Source: Candidatus Multivoradales bacterium
Lineage (GTDB): Bacteria; Acidobacteriota; Thermoanaerobaculia; Multivoradales; JAHEKO01
NCBI GenBank assembly: GCA_965223155.1
Contig: CBDCVR010000015.1
Coordinates: 1,088,001 to 1,152,000 of the forward strand
Direction: 5' to 3'
Length of the DNA stretch: 64,000 nt
Part shown: piece after piece, positions 41,136 to 51,288 of the stretch
How the letters are laid out: each line of letters begins with the position of its first letter
Numbering within the stretch: position 1 is the first letter of the stretch
Program-made: the position numbers and the translations under genes
Notes under the pieces: model-generated
What the model was told of the DNA's origin: nothing
Databases searched by the model: none
Seen by the model: the letters and a program-made list of their open reading frames with translations, nothing else

Positions 41136-43031
41136 ATGCGGAAGCTGACTGTACCGGTGACGGCAGGGCTCTTCGTGGCTCTGACCGCGATGAGCGTGCT
41201 GGTCTCGCCGGTGGCCTATGCGGCCGGCCACGAGGGCGTGGCGGCCACCCGGGAGCGCCTGATGGCTCAGGCCGAGGCGCTCAAGACCAATGAGGAGGGG
41301 CTGTCCGATGCCGAGCGGCTGTCCCAGTTCATCGATCTCTACTTCGAGTACGTGATGAACGAGCATCCCGAGTTCGCATCGATGATCGGCCATCCGACCG
41401 GTCACGACCGTTGGACCGACAACTCGCTCGAAGCCGAGGCGCGGCGCGAAGCCGAGGCTCGAGACGCCCTCGAGCTTTTGCAGTCGATCGACCGAGAAGC
41501 CTTGGAGGGCGACGATCGGTTGAACTACGACCTTCTGATGGAAGATCTCGTCGACGGCGTCGAGGGGCAGAAGTTCCAGGGTGAGTACCTGGCCATCAAT
41601 CAGATGGGTGGCGTCCATTCGAATACCGCGCGCATGATCTCGATGATGCCGGCGGCCAACAAGCGCCACTACGAAGCCATCGCGGCCCGTCTCGAAGGCA
41701 TCCCCGCCCTGGTCGAGAACGCCATCGAGCGCCTCGAGAAGGGGCTCGAGCACGGTGTCACGCCACCCAAGGTGACGCTTCGCGACGTGCCTCAATTGGT
41801 GCAGAACCTGATCGTCGAGGATCCCCTGGAGAGTCCGATGCTGCGGGCGTTCCAGAAGTTCCCGGCGGACATCTCCGAAGACGATGCGGAGGCGCTCCGG
41901 GAGCGGGCGGTCCGTGCTTACGCCGAGGGCATCAAGCCCGCCTTTACCCGTCTGCATGGCTTCATGGTCGATGAGTACCTGCCCGGCAGCCGCGAGTCGA
42001 TCGCGATGAAGGATCTGCCCGACGGAGAAGAGTGGTACGCCTTTCGGGTCAAGCAGATGACGACCACCGACCTCACTCCGGAAGAGATTCACGCCATCGG
42101 TCAGTCCGAGGTGGAGCGCATCCGCGGCGAGATGGACACGGTGATCGCGGACTCCGGGTTCGAGGGCGACTTCGCCGAGTTCACCGAGTTTCTGCGGACC
42201 GATCCGCAGTTCTACTTCGAAACCGCCGAGGAGCTCCTAGCCGCCTACCGGGACATCTCCAAGCGTGCCGACGGCCAGATGCCCAAGTTCTTCGGGCTGC
42301 TGCCGCGGCTGCCCTACGAGGTGGTGCGGGTACCGGAGTACGCTGAGAAGTCGCAGACCACGGCGTACTACCAGCCGGGCTCGCTCGACGCCGGCCGCGC
42401 CGGCCAGTTCTTCGCCAATACCTACGATCTGGCCTCTAGGCCGAAGTGGGAGATGGAAGCGCTGACCCTGCACGAGGCCGTGCCCGGACATCACCACCAG
42501 ATCGCGCTCTCGCACGAGCTCGAGGATCTGGCTTGGTTCCGGCGCTTTGGCGGCTACACGGCTTTCACCGAAGGTTGGGGTCTCTACTCGGAGAGCCTGG
42601 GCGAGGACATGGGCTTCTATCAGGACCCGTACTCCAAGTTCGGTCAGCTCACCTATGAGATCTGGCGGGCGATCCGCCTGGTCGTCGACACCGGCATGCA
42701 CCAGCTCGGCTGGAGCCGCGACGACGCCATCGAGTTCTTCAAGAGCAACACCGGCAAGGCCGAGCACGACATCGTGGTCGAGGTCGATCGCTACATCGTC
42801 TGGCCCGGCCAGGCGCTGGCCTACAAGATCGGGGAGCTCAAGCTGAAGGAGCTCAAGGCTCTGGCCAAGGACGAGCTCGGCGAGGGCTTCGACATCCGGG
42901 CCTTCCACGACACCGTGCTGGGCAACGGCGCCCTGCCGCTGCGGGTGCTCGACAAGCACGTGCGCGAGTGGATCGCCGCCGAGAAGGGCGATGTGCCCGA
43001 GGTGGCGCAGCCGGCGGCCAAGGGTTCGTAG
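41136..43031 (+). CDS. DUF885 family secreted protein
   Basis: AGGAGG RBS; HEAVPGHH, EGWGLYSE, RLVVDTG.H, EVDRY, PGQALAYKIG. Confidence 0.9.
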   Translation: MRKLTVPVTAGLFVALTAMSVLVSPVAYAAGHEGVAATRERLMAQAEALKTNEEGLSDAERLSQFIDLYFEYVMNEHPEFASMIGHPTGHDRWTDNSLEAEARREAEARDALELLQSIDREALEGDDRLNYDLLMEDLVDGVEGQKFQGEYLAINQMGGVHSNTARMISMMPAANKRHYEAIAARLEGIPALVENAIERLEKGLEHGVTPPKVTLRDVPQLVQNLIVEDPLESPMLRAFQKFPADISEDDAEALRERAVRAYAEGIKPAFTRLHGFMVDEYLPGSRESIAMKDLPDGEEWYAFRVKQMTTTDLTPEEIHAIGQSEVERIRGEMDTVIADSGFEGDFAEFTEFLRTDPQFYFETAEELLAAYRDISKRADGQMPKFFGLLPRLPYEVVRVPEYAEKSQTTAYYQPGSLDAGRAGQFFANTYDLASRPKWEMEALTLHEAVPGHHHQIALSHELEDLAWFRRFGGYTAFTEGWGLYSESLGEDMGFYQDPYSKFGQLTYEIWRAIRLVVDTGMHQLGWSRDDAIEFFKSNTGKAEHDIVVEVDRYIVWPGQALAYKIGELKLKELKALAKDELGEGFDIRAFHDTVLGNGALPLRVLDKHVREWIAAEKGDVPEVAQPAAKGS

Positions 43032-43053
43032 GTCTCCCGTCCGTTCTGGATTC

Positions 43054-43093
43054 GCCCCCGGAGGCCGGCCGTGCTGCCGGCCCCGGGGGCTTT
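43054..43093 (+). terminator. Possible intrinsic terminator after DUF885 gene
   Basis: GCCCCCGG...CCGGGGGC stem with inner GCCGGC pair, followed by short TTT. Confidence 0.45.
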
Positions 43094-43154
43094 GCCGTTC
43101 GGTCGCTCCGTCTCGCGACGGCATGGTGCCCAGGCGGCCCAGTAGAGTCAGGGC

Positions 43155-45185
43155 ATGACGCGCCCAGTGAACCTGCGGCCTTCCGGATGCCGGCGCACCG
43201 GCATCCTTGCCACCGCCGTGGGTTTGGTGGTTGTTCTGTTGCCGGGTCTCGCGCTGGGTCAGGTTGCGCGGGCTACGCCGGCTGCGCCGGTTGAAGGGAC
43301 TCAGGCCGTACCGAATCTAGCCAGGACCGTGGCTGCGGCCCTCGAACCCATGCGGTCCCTGCCGGAGCCCTCGACTCGCCCGCTGCCGCGTCACGGTTTG
43401 CGCTACGCGGTCGCCGAGGGCGCTGCCGGCGGCCATGGCACGGTCGAGGCGCCCTGGCGCTCGTTCGGCTACGCACTTTCCGAGCTCGAGCCCGGTGACA
43501 CGCTGCTTCTGCGCGGCGGCGTCTATCAGGAAGCCGTGGTCGTCACAGCCTCCGGCACGCCGGACCAGCCCATCACGATCCGCTCCCATCCGGGCGAGTT
43601 GGCGATTCTGGACGGGGGCTTGGCCGAGTTCCGTACCCGGCCCGAGGCCGCTTGGGAGCCGGTTCCGGGCGGGGCCCCAGGCGAGTTCCGGTCGCGCGCC
43701 ACCTTCCCCGGCATCCGGCGAGCGGTCGGGACCTTTGCCGCTTCCGCGGTGCCGCTTCACGGTTACGTCTGGCTTCACGACCTGCGCTCAAACCGCTCGC
43801 GGCCGGCCGAAGACGAGGGACTCTACTGTGGTCCCGGGCTCTGGTTCGACCCGCGCTCCCACCGCTTTCACGTCCGCCTGGCGCACGACTCGGCTGACTA
43901 TTTCCCGGAGGCGCATCGCTACCGGGGCGAGCGCGACCCGCGCAAGGTGCCGATGGCCGTTGCCGCCGCCCAGGTGACGCTCGAGCTGCGGGGAGCGCGG
44001 CACGTCCGGATTCAGGATCTGTTGGTGCGGGGCGCGACCCGGGCGGCGATCGAGCTGCTCGACGCGGAGGGCATCGAGCTCGACGGCGTGACCGCGTACG
44101 CCGGCTACCACGCCATCCTGCTGGAGCGCACCCGGGACGTCGAGATCGTAGGTTCACGATTCCGCGGCCAGTCGGCGCCCTGGTCGTCGAGGACCTGCCT
44201 CAAGTACCACGGCAATCCGGGAGTGCTGCTGCGAACCGCGGGTCCGGTGCGCAAGAACCTGGATCTCGAGATCGTCGACAGCGAATTCACCGACGGCCAC
44301 GACGGGGTCTTCCTGGGCGATGCCAAGGAGGTCGACTTTCACCACAATCTGGTCGAGAACTTCAACGACGACGGCATCTTCCTGACCGCCCGCGGCGCCC
44401 CCGCCGGCCCAGTGAGGATCTGGGCCAACCGCATCTCGCGCTGCCTGACCTCCTTTGCCTTCGGCTGGGGCTCGGGCGACGTCAACCTGCCTGGCGCCGG
44501 GGTTGCCATCTATCGGAATCTGGTCGAGCACACCCGGCCGGTCTACTACAGCCTGCCGCAAGAGGGCGCCGAGCTTCCCGAGCACTACGGCAGCCTGATG
44601 CGCGACCACGGCAGTCCCACCTGGGAGCCGATGCGGATCTACCACAACGACTTCGTCCTGCGCCGGCCCGAGCGCCACAGCTATCTGAGCGGGCTGGCCT
44701 CCCACCTTGCCGGCACCTGGCGCGCGGTCTTCAACAACCTGTTTGTCGAGCTCGTCACCTCGCCCCGGTTTCCGGCGCGGGCTCCCGCCGGCGATCTGCG
44801 GTCCGACGGCAATCTCTTCTGGAGTCCGACCGAGAGCGACTCGGAAGGTTCGGTTCGGCTCGATGCCTACCATGCCGGCCCGGTGTTCGAGGCCACGCGC
44901 GCGGTCTATCCCCCCGGTCTCGAAGCGGCAAGCGCCTACGGGGACCCCGAGTTCGCGGACTTCGCGCTCGGCGAGGAAGCCGGATACCGGCGAGCGCCGT
45001 CCGGCGCGGCCCGCGATCTCGGCATCGAGCTGCCCGAAGATTGGCCCGATCCCTTGCGGCCGCTCGACCGCGGAGCCCCGGACGCGGGAGCACTACCGGT
45101 CGGGGACGACGTCCCGCTTCCGGGTCCCAGGCCGCCCGCCCGGGACTCAGTCCAGGAAGAAGCGGGTGCTGCCGGCGGGCGGTAG
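43155..45185 (+). CDS. Secreted right-handed parallel beta-helix (pectin lyase-like) protein
   Basis: G.GT..APW.S...A...LEPGDTLLLRGGVY.E; repeated I..N.... strands. Confidence 0.7.
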   Translation: MTRPVNLRPSGCRRTGILATAVGLVVVLLPGLALGQVARATPAAPVEGTQAVPNLARTVAAALEPMRSLPEPSTRPLPRHGLRYAVAEGAAGGHGTVEAPWRSFGYALSELEPGDTLLLRGGVYQEAVVVTASGTPDQPITIRSHPGELAILDGGLAEFRTRPEAAWEPVPGGAPGEFRSRATFPGIRRAVGTFAASAVPLHGYVWLHDLRSNRSRPAEDEGLYCGPGLWFDPRSHRFHVRLAHDSADYFPEAHRYRGERDPRKVPMAVAAAQVTLELRGARHVRIQDLLVRGATRAAIELLDAEGIELDGVTAYAGYHAILLERTRDVEIVGSRFRGQSAPWSSRTCLKYHGNPGVLLRTAGPVRKNLDLEIVDSEFTDGHDGVFLGDAKEVDFHHNLVENFNDDGIFLTARGAPAGPVRIWANRISRCLTSFAFGWGSGDVNLPGAGVAIYRNLVEHTRPVYYSLPQEGAELPEHYGSLMRDHGSPTWEPMRIYHNDFVLRRPERHSYLSGLASHLAGTWRAVFNNLFVELVTSPRFPARAPAGDLRSDGNLFWSPTESDSEGSVRLDAYHAGPVFEATRAVYPPGLEAASAYGDPEFADFALGEEAGYRRAPSGAARDLGIELPEDWPDPLRPLDRGAPDAGALPVGDDVPLPGPRPPARDSVQEEAGAAGGR

Positions 45186-46316
45186 GGGACAGGAGTCGTA
45201 GTGCCCGAACCATCGGTAGCGGTAGCGCGCGACCAGCCTGTAGACCGCGTCGCGGATAGGTGCGGGCACCAGGCGCAGCCAGGAAACGATGCGCCAGATG
45301 CCGCCGATGGCGTCCAGGCTGCGCAGGGCGGCGGTCGAACGCGTCCAGAGACGCTCGGTCTCTGAGCCGTGGTCCTCGACCAGGCCCATGGTCGAGAGAT
45401 CATCACGCACACCGTGCTTCTCCAAGAGCGCTCGGCCCGTAGGTCCCTGGAGCGTCGCGTAGCGGAGGACGCCCGAGCGGTCCTCGGCGAGATAGAAGCG
45501 CACGGCTCGATTGCAGAGGCCGCAGACACCGTCGTAGAGCACGAGATGCCGGGACGGGATTCTGGGCGGTAGCCATTCCGGATCGAGCAGCAGCAGGTGG
45601 ACCACGACGACGCCGAGGGAGGTGGCGGCCCCCATGCCCACGTTCAAGGTGGCTAGCTGGACGAGCAGCGTGGCGCCCCAGACCCAGGGGCGGACGCGGC
45701 GCAACGCCGGCAAGGGCAGGCTCAGGGGCAAGGCGAGGAGCAAGACCGCCAGGACACCCCAGGTCAGACCGCGCGTCAGGCCGTCCGGCAGGGCCAGGAG
45801 CCACTGCGAGAGCTCGCCCGAAGCCGAGGGTGTCGCCCTGATGGCGTCGATGACGGCGGTGCCCTGGCGCCAGCCCGGGCGCAGGAGCCGGATCACGCCG
45901 GTTGCCGTATAGGCGCCCATGACCAGCAGCCAGATCCCTTTGTAGACCGCGGCCGGGAAGGCCCAAGTCCGCGAGCGGCGAAGGAACCGGGGCGCGAACA
46001 CCGGCTCGCCGCCGGGGATGAACGTGGTGGCCAGGATGACGACGCCTAAGACCGTGGACCAGAGAATGCCGATCAGGCTGCCGCGGTAGAGCATCGGCAG
46101 CCAGCCGAAGGCGAGGAGGAGTGCTGCCGGTCGCCGCTCCCAGCCGGTGACGTACAGGCAAGCGGCGAGGGACAGAAGCAGGATGGTTAGTCCCTGGTCG
46201 CTCCGGGGATCGACCCCGCGGATTGCGGGCAGGAAGCGCCACACCAGGTAGGCGCCGAAGAGCACCCGAAAGACCAGGAAGTGGTACCGGGAGAAGGGCT
46301 TTTCCCGATAGGTCAC
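45147..46316 (-). CDS. HTTM-like membrane domain fused to DCC1/DUF393 thiol-disulfide oxidoreductase
   Basis: Multi-TM N-terminus (FRVLFGAYL, W..GTA); LYDGVCGLC...RD.VYR.VARYRY.WFG..DSC. Confidence 0.75.
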   Translation of the reverse strand: MTYREKPFSRYHFLVFRVLFGAYLVWRFLPAIRGVDPRSDQGLTILLLSLAACLYVTGWERRPAALLLAFGWLPMLYRGSLIGILWSTVLGVVILATTFIPGGEPVFAPRFLRRSRTWAFPAAVYKGIWLLVMGAYTATGVIRLLRPGWRQGTAVIDAIRATPSASGELSQWLLALPDGLTRGLTWGVLAVLLLALPLSLPLPALRRVRPWVWGATLLVQLATLNVGMGAATSLGVVVVHLLLLDPEWLPPRIPSRHLVLYDGVCGLCNRAVRFYLAEDRSGVLRYATLQGPTGRALLEKHGVRDDLSTMGLVEDHGSETERLWTRSTAALRSLDAIGGIWRIVSWLRLVPAPIRDAVYRLVARYRYRWFGHYDSCPLPPAGSTRFFLD

Positions 46317-46738
46317 GACTCGTCGGCCCGCACTCGGCGCCGTCCGCGTTTCCGTTCGCTCTGACGCCGCTTGGCCTCCAATCGCGACCGCTTGGCCCGC
46401 TTGGGCACGCGGGTCGCGCGGCGGCGCTTGGGTCGGACTAAGGCCGAGGCCAGGAGACCGGCCAGCTTGGCCCGCGCGGCTTCCCGGTTGGCTGCCTGGG
46501 TGCGATGCTTCTGCGAAACCACTCGCAGCACGCCGTCCTTGTTGATGCGGGTGGCCAAGCGGGCGGCGACCCTGCGCTTCTGAGCGGCGGTGAGCGCGGT
46601 TGATTCGGGCAGGGACAGGAGCACCGTCACCCGGCTCTCGATCTTGTTGACGTTCTGCCCGCCGGGCTTCGAGCTGCGTGAGGTGCGGTACGACAACTCT
46701 CGCTCGGGGATCGCCACGGTGCGGCTGACTTGGAGCAT
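46313..46738 (-). CDS. arfB: Alternative ribosome rescue peptidyl-tRNA hydrolase ArfB
   Basis: SRSSKPGGQNVNK, R.Q..NR, basic C-terminal tail. Confidence 0.92.
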   Translation of the reverse strand: MLQVSRTVAIPERELSYRTSRSSKPGGQNVNKIESRVTVLLSLPESTALTAAQKRRVAARLATRINKDGVLRVVSQKHRTQAANREAARAKLAGLLASALVRPKRRRATRVPKRAKRSRLEAKRRQSERKRGRRRVRADES

Positions 46739-46911
46739 GACGGTCGGTAGGAAGACGGTAGCATTTTGCTAGCATTTCGCACCAGCCAAACTCGGGTTCG
46801 CCGAGCGCCTTCCGGCCGGCAACGCCGGCCTCGTGCAAGGCTCGGCGCACGAGCGGAAACCGGTACCGAAACCGGGAGCCGGTACCCGAACTTTCGACCC
46901 GGTCCACCTTC

Positions 46912-47784
46912 ATGAAACCGCCATCGTTCGACTACCTCGCGCCTCGATCGCTGAAAGAGGCTCTGAGCCAACTTGCCGAGCACGGCGCCGATGCCAAAGT
47001 CCTGGCCGGGGGACAGAGCTTGATTCCGCTTCTCAACTTTCGGCTGGCCCAGCCGGCGGTCCTGATCGACCTCAATCGGGTCGGCGCCGATTCGATCGCG
47101 GTCGAGGGTGAGCTGCTGCGCATCGGGGCCATGGTCCGGCAGCGGGCGCTCGAACGCTTCGACGGCCTCGAGCGGGTGGCGCCGCTTCTGGCCGACGCCA
47201 TGCCGCTCATCGCTCATCCCCAGATCCGCAACCGAGGTACGGTCGGCGGCAGCCTGGCCCACGCCGATCCGGCGAGCGAGCTGCCGGTCGCGGCCTTGGC
47301 GCTGGGTGCCCGGCTGGTGGTCGAGAGCGCGGCCCGGGGCCGGCGAACGATCGAAGCCGAGTCGTTCTTCGAAAGCCTGATGACGACGGCCCTGGCCGAG
47401 GACGAGATCCTGGTCGAGGTCGAGGTGCCGGTTCGACGCCCCGGTTGGGGCTGGTCGTTTCGCGAGGTGGCCCGCCGCCACGGCGACTACGCCCATGCCG
47501 GCGTCGCCGTGGGGGTGGAGCTGGCGGGAGGCGGCACCGTGGCCGAGGCTCGGATCGTCTTCTTGAGCGCCGGTGACACACCCAGGCCGGCGGCGAGGGC
47601 GGCGGCGCTCATGGTCGGCGAGCGGCCCGGAGCCGAGCTTTTCGAGGCCGTCGCGGCAGCGGCAGATGGAGAGATCGAGCCCACCGGCGATATCCATGCG
47701 ACCGAGGCGTTCAAGCGTCACCTGGCGCGGGTTCTAACCCGCCGGGCGCTCGAAACCGCCCTCACCCGGGCCGAGGCCGCCTGA
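46912..47784 (+). CDS. Molybdenum hydroxylase FAD-binding subunit (CoxM/XdhB-like)
   Basis: MKPPSFDY..P, LAGGQSLIP, QIRNRGTVGGS..HADP. Confidence 0.92.
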   Translation: MKPPSFDYLAPRSLKEALSQLAEHGADAKVLAGGQSLIPLLNFRLAQPAVLIDLNRVGADSIAVEGELLRIGAMVRQRALERFDGLERVAPLLADAMPLIAHPQIRNRGTVGGSLAHADPASELPVAALALGARLVVESAARGRRTIEAESFFESLMTTALAEDEILVEVEVPVRRPGWGWSFREVARRHGDYAHAGVAVGVELAGGGTVAEARIVFLSAGDTPRPAARAAALMVGERPGAELFEAVAAAADGEIEPTGDIHATEAFKRHLARVLTRRALETALTRAEAA

Positions 47785-48272
47785 TGCCGGCGCCGGTCTC
47801 GATCCAAGTGGCGGTCAACGGCAAGCGCTACGAGCGCGAGGTCGAGCCCCGGCTTCTCCTGTCCGACTTTCTGCGCCAGGAGCTCGGGCTGACCGGAACC
47901 CACGTGGGTTGCGAGCATGGAGTCTGTGGCGCTTGCACCGTGCTCTTCGATGGCGCTCCCGTGCGCTCGTGCCTGGTGCTGGCGGTCCAGGCCGACGGCC
48001 TGGAGCTCGAGACGGTCGAGGGTCTGGCCTCGGAGTCGGGCGAGCTCGACCCGCTCCAGACGGCGTTTCGTGACGCGCACGGCCTGCAGTGTGGGTTCTG
48101 CACCGCCGGGATTCTGATGACGGTCAAGCCGTTTCTGGCCGAACGGCCGGACCCCACCGAGCGTGAGATCCGCGAGGCCATCTCGGGCAATCTGTGTCGT
48201 TGCACCGGCTACCAGCACATCGTGGACGCGGTCTTGCTGGCCGCTCGGCGCGGCCGGACGGAGGGCGCGTGA
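47784..48272 (+). CDS. Molybdenum hydroxylase 2x[2Fe-2S] subunit (CoxS/XdhC-like)
   Basis: GCEHGVCGACTV, QCGFCT, GNLCRCTGY. Confidence 0.94.
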   Translation: MPAPVSIQVAVNGKRYEREVEPRLLLSDFLRQELGLTGTHVGCEHGVCGACTVLFDGAPVRSCLVLAVQADGLELETVEGLASESGELDPLQTAFRDAHGLQCGFCTAGILMTVKPFLAERPDPTEREIREAISGNLCRCTGYQHIVDAVLLAARRGRTEGA

Positions 48273-49582
48273 CGACCAGCGCGGCCGCAGTACCCGATCT
48301 GGCGTCGCTGGCCGCTTCGCTGCGCTCGGGAGCGGTCGAGCTGGGGGAGTACCTGGACCGGTTGGAGCGTGAGGTCGCCGGCCGAGAGCCATCTCTCAAG
48401 GCGCTGGTCGAGGACACGGTCTCGTTTCCGGACTTGAGGCGTCAGGCCGAGGAGCTCGTCGAGAGCTTTCCGGATCCGGCTTCGCGGCCGGCTCTTTTTG
48501 GCGTGCCGGTTGGCGTCAAGGACGTCTTCCACGTCGAGGGGTTTCCGACCCGAGCCGGAAGCCGTCTGCCGAGCGCCGAGCTCGCCGGCGAGGAGGCGGC
48601 GGTGGTGACCGATCTCAAGGCGGCCGGCGCTCTCATCCTGGGCAAGACCCAGACCACCGAGTTCGCCTATTTCGGTCCCGGGCCGACCCGCAATCCCTGG
48701 GATCCGGCCCATACTCCGGGGGGTTCCTCCTCGGGCTCGGCCGCCGCGGTCGCCGCCGGCTTCTGCCCGCTTGCTCTGGGCACTCAGACCATCGGCTCGA
48801 TCTCGCGGCCGGCGTCGTTCTGTGGCGTCGTCGGCTATAAGCCTTCGTACGGGCGGATCTCGCGCCGAGGCTTGATTCCGCTGGCCCCTTCGCTCGACCA
48901 CGTCGGTTGGTTCACTCCGGACGTAGCCGGCGCCGAACGCGTGGCGACGGTTCTGTGCCGGGGCTGGCGCCCGGTTTACGGCGAGAGCCTGCCGGTTCTG
49001 GGAATTCCGGGAGGGCCCTACTTGCGTCGGGCCGAGGGCGAGGGCCGGACCTTCTTCCGCCAGGTGTGCCGGCGCTTGACCGCCGCCGGCCACGCGGTGC
49101 TTCGGGTCGAGGCCATGCCCGATTTCGACGGCATCGAGATTCGCCACCGAGCGATCGTCGCCGCCGAGGCGGCCCGGGTCCACCGGGCTTGGTTCGAGCG
49201 CTTCGCCGACCTCTACCATCCCAAGACCCGCGAGCTCATCGAGACCGGGCTCGAGATCTCGGATTCGGAGCTGGAAACGGCGCTCACCGGTTGTGAAGCC
49301 TTGCGGGCAGAGCTCGAAAGCCTGCGCCGGGCCACCGGCGTCGACGTCTGGATCTCGCCGGCCGCTCCGGGAGCGGCACCCGCCGGTCTCGCTTCCACCG
49401 GCGATCCGGTGATGAACCTTCCCTGGACTCACGCTGGCCTGCCGACTCTGGCGATTCCGGCGGGCGCAAGCCCGGGCGGCCTGCCCATGGGCCTCCAGCT
49501 TGCCGGCGGGTGGCAGCGCGACGAAGACCTCTTTGGCTGGGGCCGAAGAGCCGAGGCAACGTTGCGGACGGTCTCGACCTAG
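48269..49582 (+). CDS. Amidase signature family enzyme
   Basis: GVKD, HTPGGSSSGS, GTQTIGS..RPA; GTGA overlap with upstream gene. Confidence 0.9.
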   Translation: MTTSAAAVPDLASLAASLRSGAVELGEYLDRLEREVAGREPSLKALVEDTVSFPDLRRQAEELVESFPDPASRPALFGVPVGVKDVFHVEGFPTRAGSRLPSAELAGEEAAVVTDLKAAGALILGKTQTTEFAYFGPGPTRNPWDPAHTPGGSSSGSAAAVAAGFCPLALGTQTIGSISRPASFCGVVGYKPSYGRISRRGLIPLAPSLDHVGWFTPDVAGAERVATVLCRGWRPVYGESLPVLGIPGGPYLRRAEGEGRTFFRQVCRRLTAAGHAVLRVEAMPDFDGIEIRHRAIVAAEAARVHRAWFERFADLYHPKTRELIETGLEISDSELETALTGCEALRAELESLRRATGVDVWISPAAPGAAPAGLASTGDPVMNLPWTHAGLPTLAIPAGASPGGLPMGLQLAGGWQRDEDLFGWGRRAEATLRTVST

Positions 49583-49588
49583 CTGGGC

Positions 49589-51283
49589 GTGTCGACTCTC
49601 GCCCATGAGGTCCGGCGCGGGGCCTACGCCGACTCGATCGTTCTGATGCAGCTTCAGAGCGCTCTTGCCGCCTGTCCGGGGATCGAGGACGCCGGCGTGG
49701 TGATGGCGACCGAGGCCAATCGCGAGATTCTGGAGGCCTCGGGGCTGCTTCCCGACGACCTGCCGGAGGCGGGCGCCAACGACCTGGTCGTCGTGGTGCG
49801 GGCCGAGGATCCGGACGCGGCGACGGCGGCGCTGGGCCGTATCGACGAGCTCATGGTTCGGGAGCGGGTCGCCGACGACAGTGAGTACCGCCCGAGGAGC
49901 CTGCGCGGCGCGCTGGCCAACGCCCCCGGGGCGCGCTGGGTGCTGGTATCGGTGCCTGGGCGCTGGGCGGCGGACGTGGCGCGGGAAGCGCTCGACGGCG
50001 GCCGGCACGTTTTTCTGTACAGCGACAACGTTTCGCTCGAAGACGAGGTCGCTCTCAAGGAATTCGCGGCCGGCCGGGGCCTCCTGGTCCTGGGACCCGA
50101 CTGTGGCACCGCCATCGTCGGCGGCGCCGGGTTGGGCTTTTCCAACCGGGTTCGGCGCGGCGCGGTAGGCATCGTCGCGGCTTCGGGTACCGGCCTCCAA
50201 TCGGTGGCGTGCCGGGTCCACGAGCTGGGCGCCGGGGTTTCGCATGCCTTCGGCACGGGCGGCCGGGATCTGAGCGATGCGGTTCGAGGGCGGACCACTC
50301 TCCAGGCGCTCGAGATGCTGGGCGGCGACCGCGAGACCGAAGTCGTGGTGCTCTTGTCGAAGCCGCCGTCGGCCGCGGTCGCGACCCGCGTTCTCGAGCG
50401 CGCGCGCACCCTGGGCAAGCCGGTGATCGCCGCCTTCACCGGCGCGACTCCGCCGGCCGAAGCCTTCGGTGAGCTGGAGTTCGCCCGCAGCCTGGAAGAC
50501 GCGGCGGTGCGAGCGGTGGCGCGGCTGGGAAGCGTCCGCCCGGATCCGGCCGATCGTTCGCCCGCCCCCGCCCCCGCCGCTACCGGCTGGCTGCGGGGCC
50601 TGTTCTCCGGGGGCACGCTGGCTCTCGAGACGGTGCTGGCCCTGCGGGCGGTTCTGACTCCGCTGACCTCGAATCTGGGAGTGGCAGGCGTCGGCGTGCT
50701 GACCGGTGCTGCTCTGGCTGGTACCGACGAGCCGATCGAAGGCCACGCCGTCGTCGACCTGGGGGCGGACGAGTTCACCGTCGGCCGCGCCCACCCCATG
50801 ATCGACCCCCGCCTGCGGCTCGAATGGCTGGAGCGGGCCGCCGCCGACCCGAACGTCGGGACCATTCTCCTGGACGTCGTTCTCGGGGACGGTGCCCACC
50901 CGGATCCAGCCGGTGCCTTGGCGCCGGGATTGGCGGCCGCGCGCCGCCGGCGGGATCTCGAGGTCGTGGCTCTGGTGGTGGGCTCGGACGAAGATCCGCA
51001 GGACCGCTCGGCCCAAGTCGAGCGCCTCGCCGCCGAAGGGGCGATCGTCGCCGCCACGGTGGAGGAGGCCGCCGGACGGGCGGTGGCGCGCGCCGGGGCC
51101 GCGCGCGCAGGCGATTCCCAGGCGATCGAGCCCATCGACCCCGCCGCCGGGTTCGTGAACGTCGGGGTGGAGATCTTTGGAGAGGCTTTGGCGGCCCAGG
51201 GCTTCGACCGGGTGCAGGTGGACTGGAGGCCGCCCGCCGGTGGCGATGAGCGTTTGGAACGGCTGCTAGCCGCGATGAGGTAG
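49589..51283 (+). CDS. fdrA: FdrA-family acyl-CoA synthetase-like protein
   Basis: Y.DSIVLM, FLYSDNV, GPDCGT, ASGTGLQ, GTGGRDL, LFSGGTL, DLGADEFT.GR.HPMIDP, WRPPAGG. Confidence 0.9.
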   Translation: MSTLAHEVRRGAYADSIVLMQLQSALAACPGIEDAGVVMATEANREILEASGLLPDDLPEAGANDLVVVVRAEDPDAATAALGRIDELMVRERVADDSEYRPRSLRGALANAPGARWVLVSVPGRWAADVAREALDGGRHVFLYSDNVSLEDEVALKEFAAGRGLLVLGPDCGTAIVGGAGLGFSNRVRRGAVGIVAASGTGLQSVACRVHELGAGVSHAFGTGGRDLSDAVRGRTTLQALEMLGGDRETEVVVLLSKPPSAAVATRVLERARTLGKPVIAAFTGATPPAEAFGELEFARSLEDAAVRAVARLGSVRPDPADRSPAPAPAATGWLRGLFSGGTLALETVLALRAVLTPLTSNLGVAGVGVLTGAALAGTDEPIEGHAVVDLGADEFTVGRAHPMIDPRLRLEWLERAAADPNVGTILLDVVLGDGAHPDPAGALAPGLAAARRRRDLEVVALVVGSDEDPQDRSAQVERLAAEGAIVAATVEEAAGRAVARAGAARAGDSQAIEPIDPAAGFVNVGVEIFGEALAAQGFDRVQVDWRPPAGGDERLERLLAAMR

Positions 51284-51288
51284 AAGGC

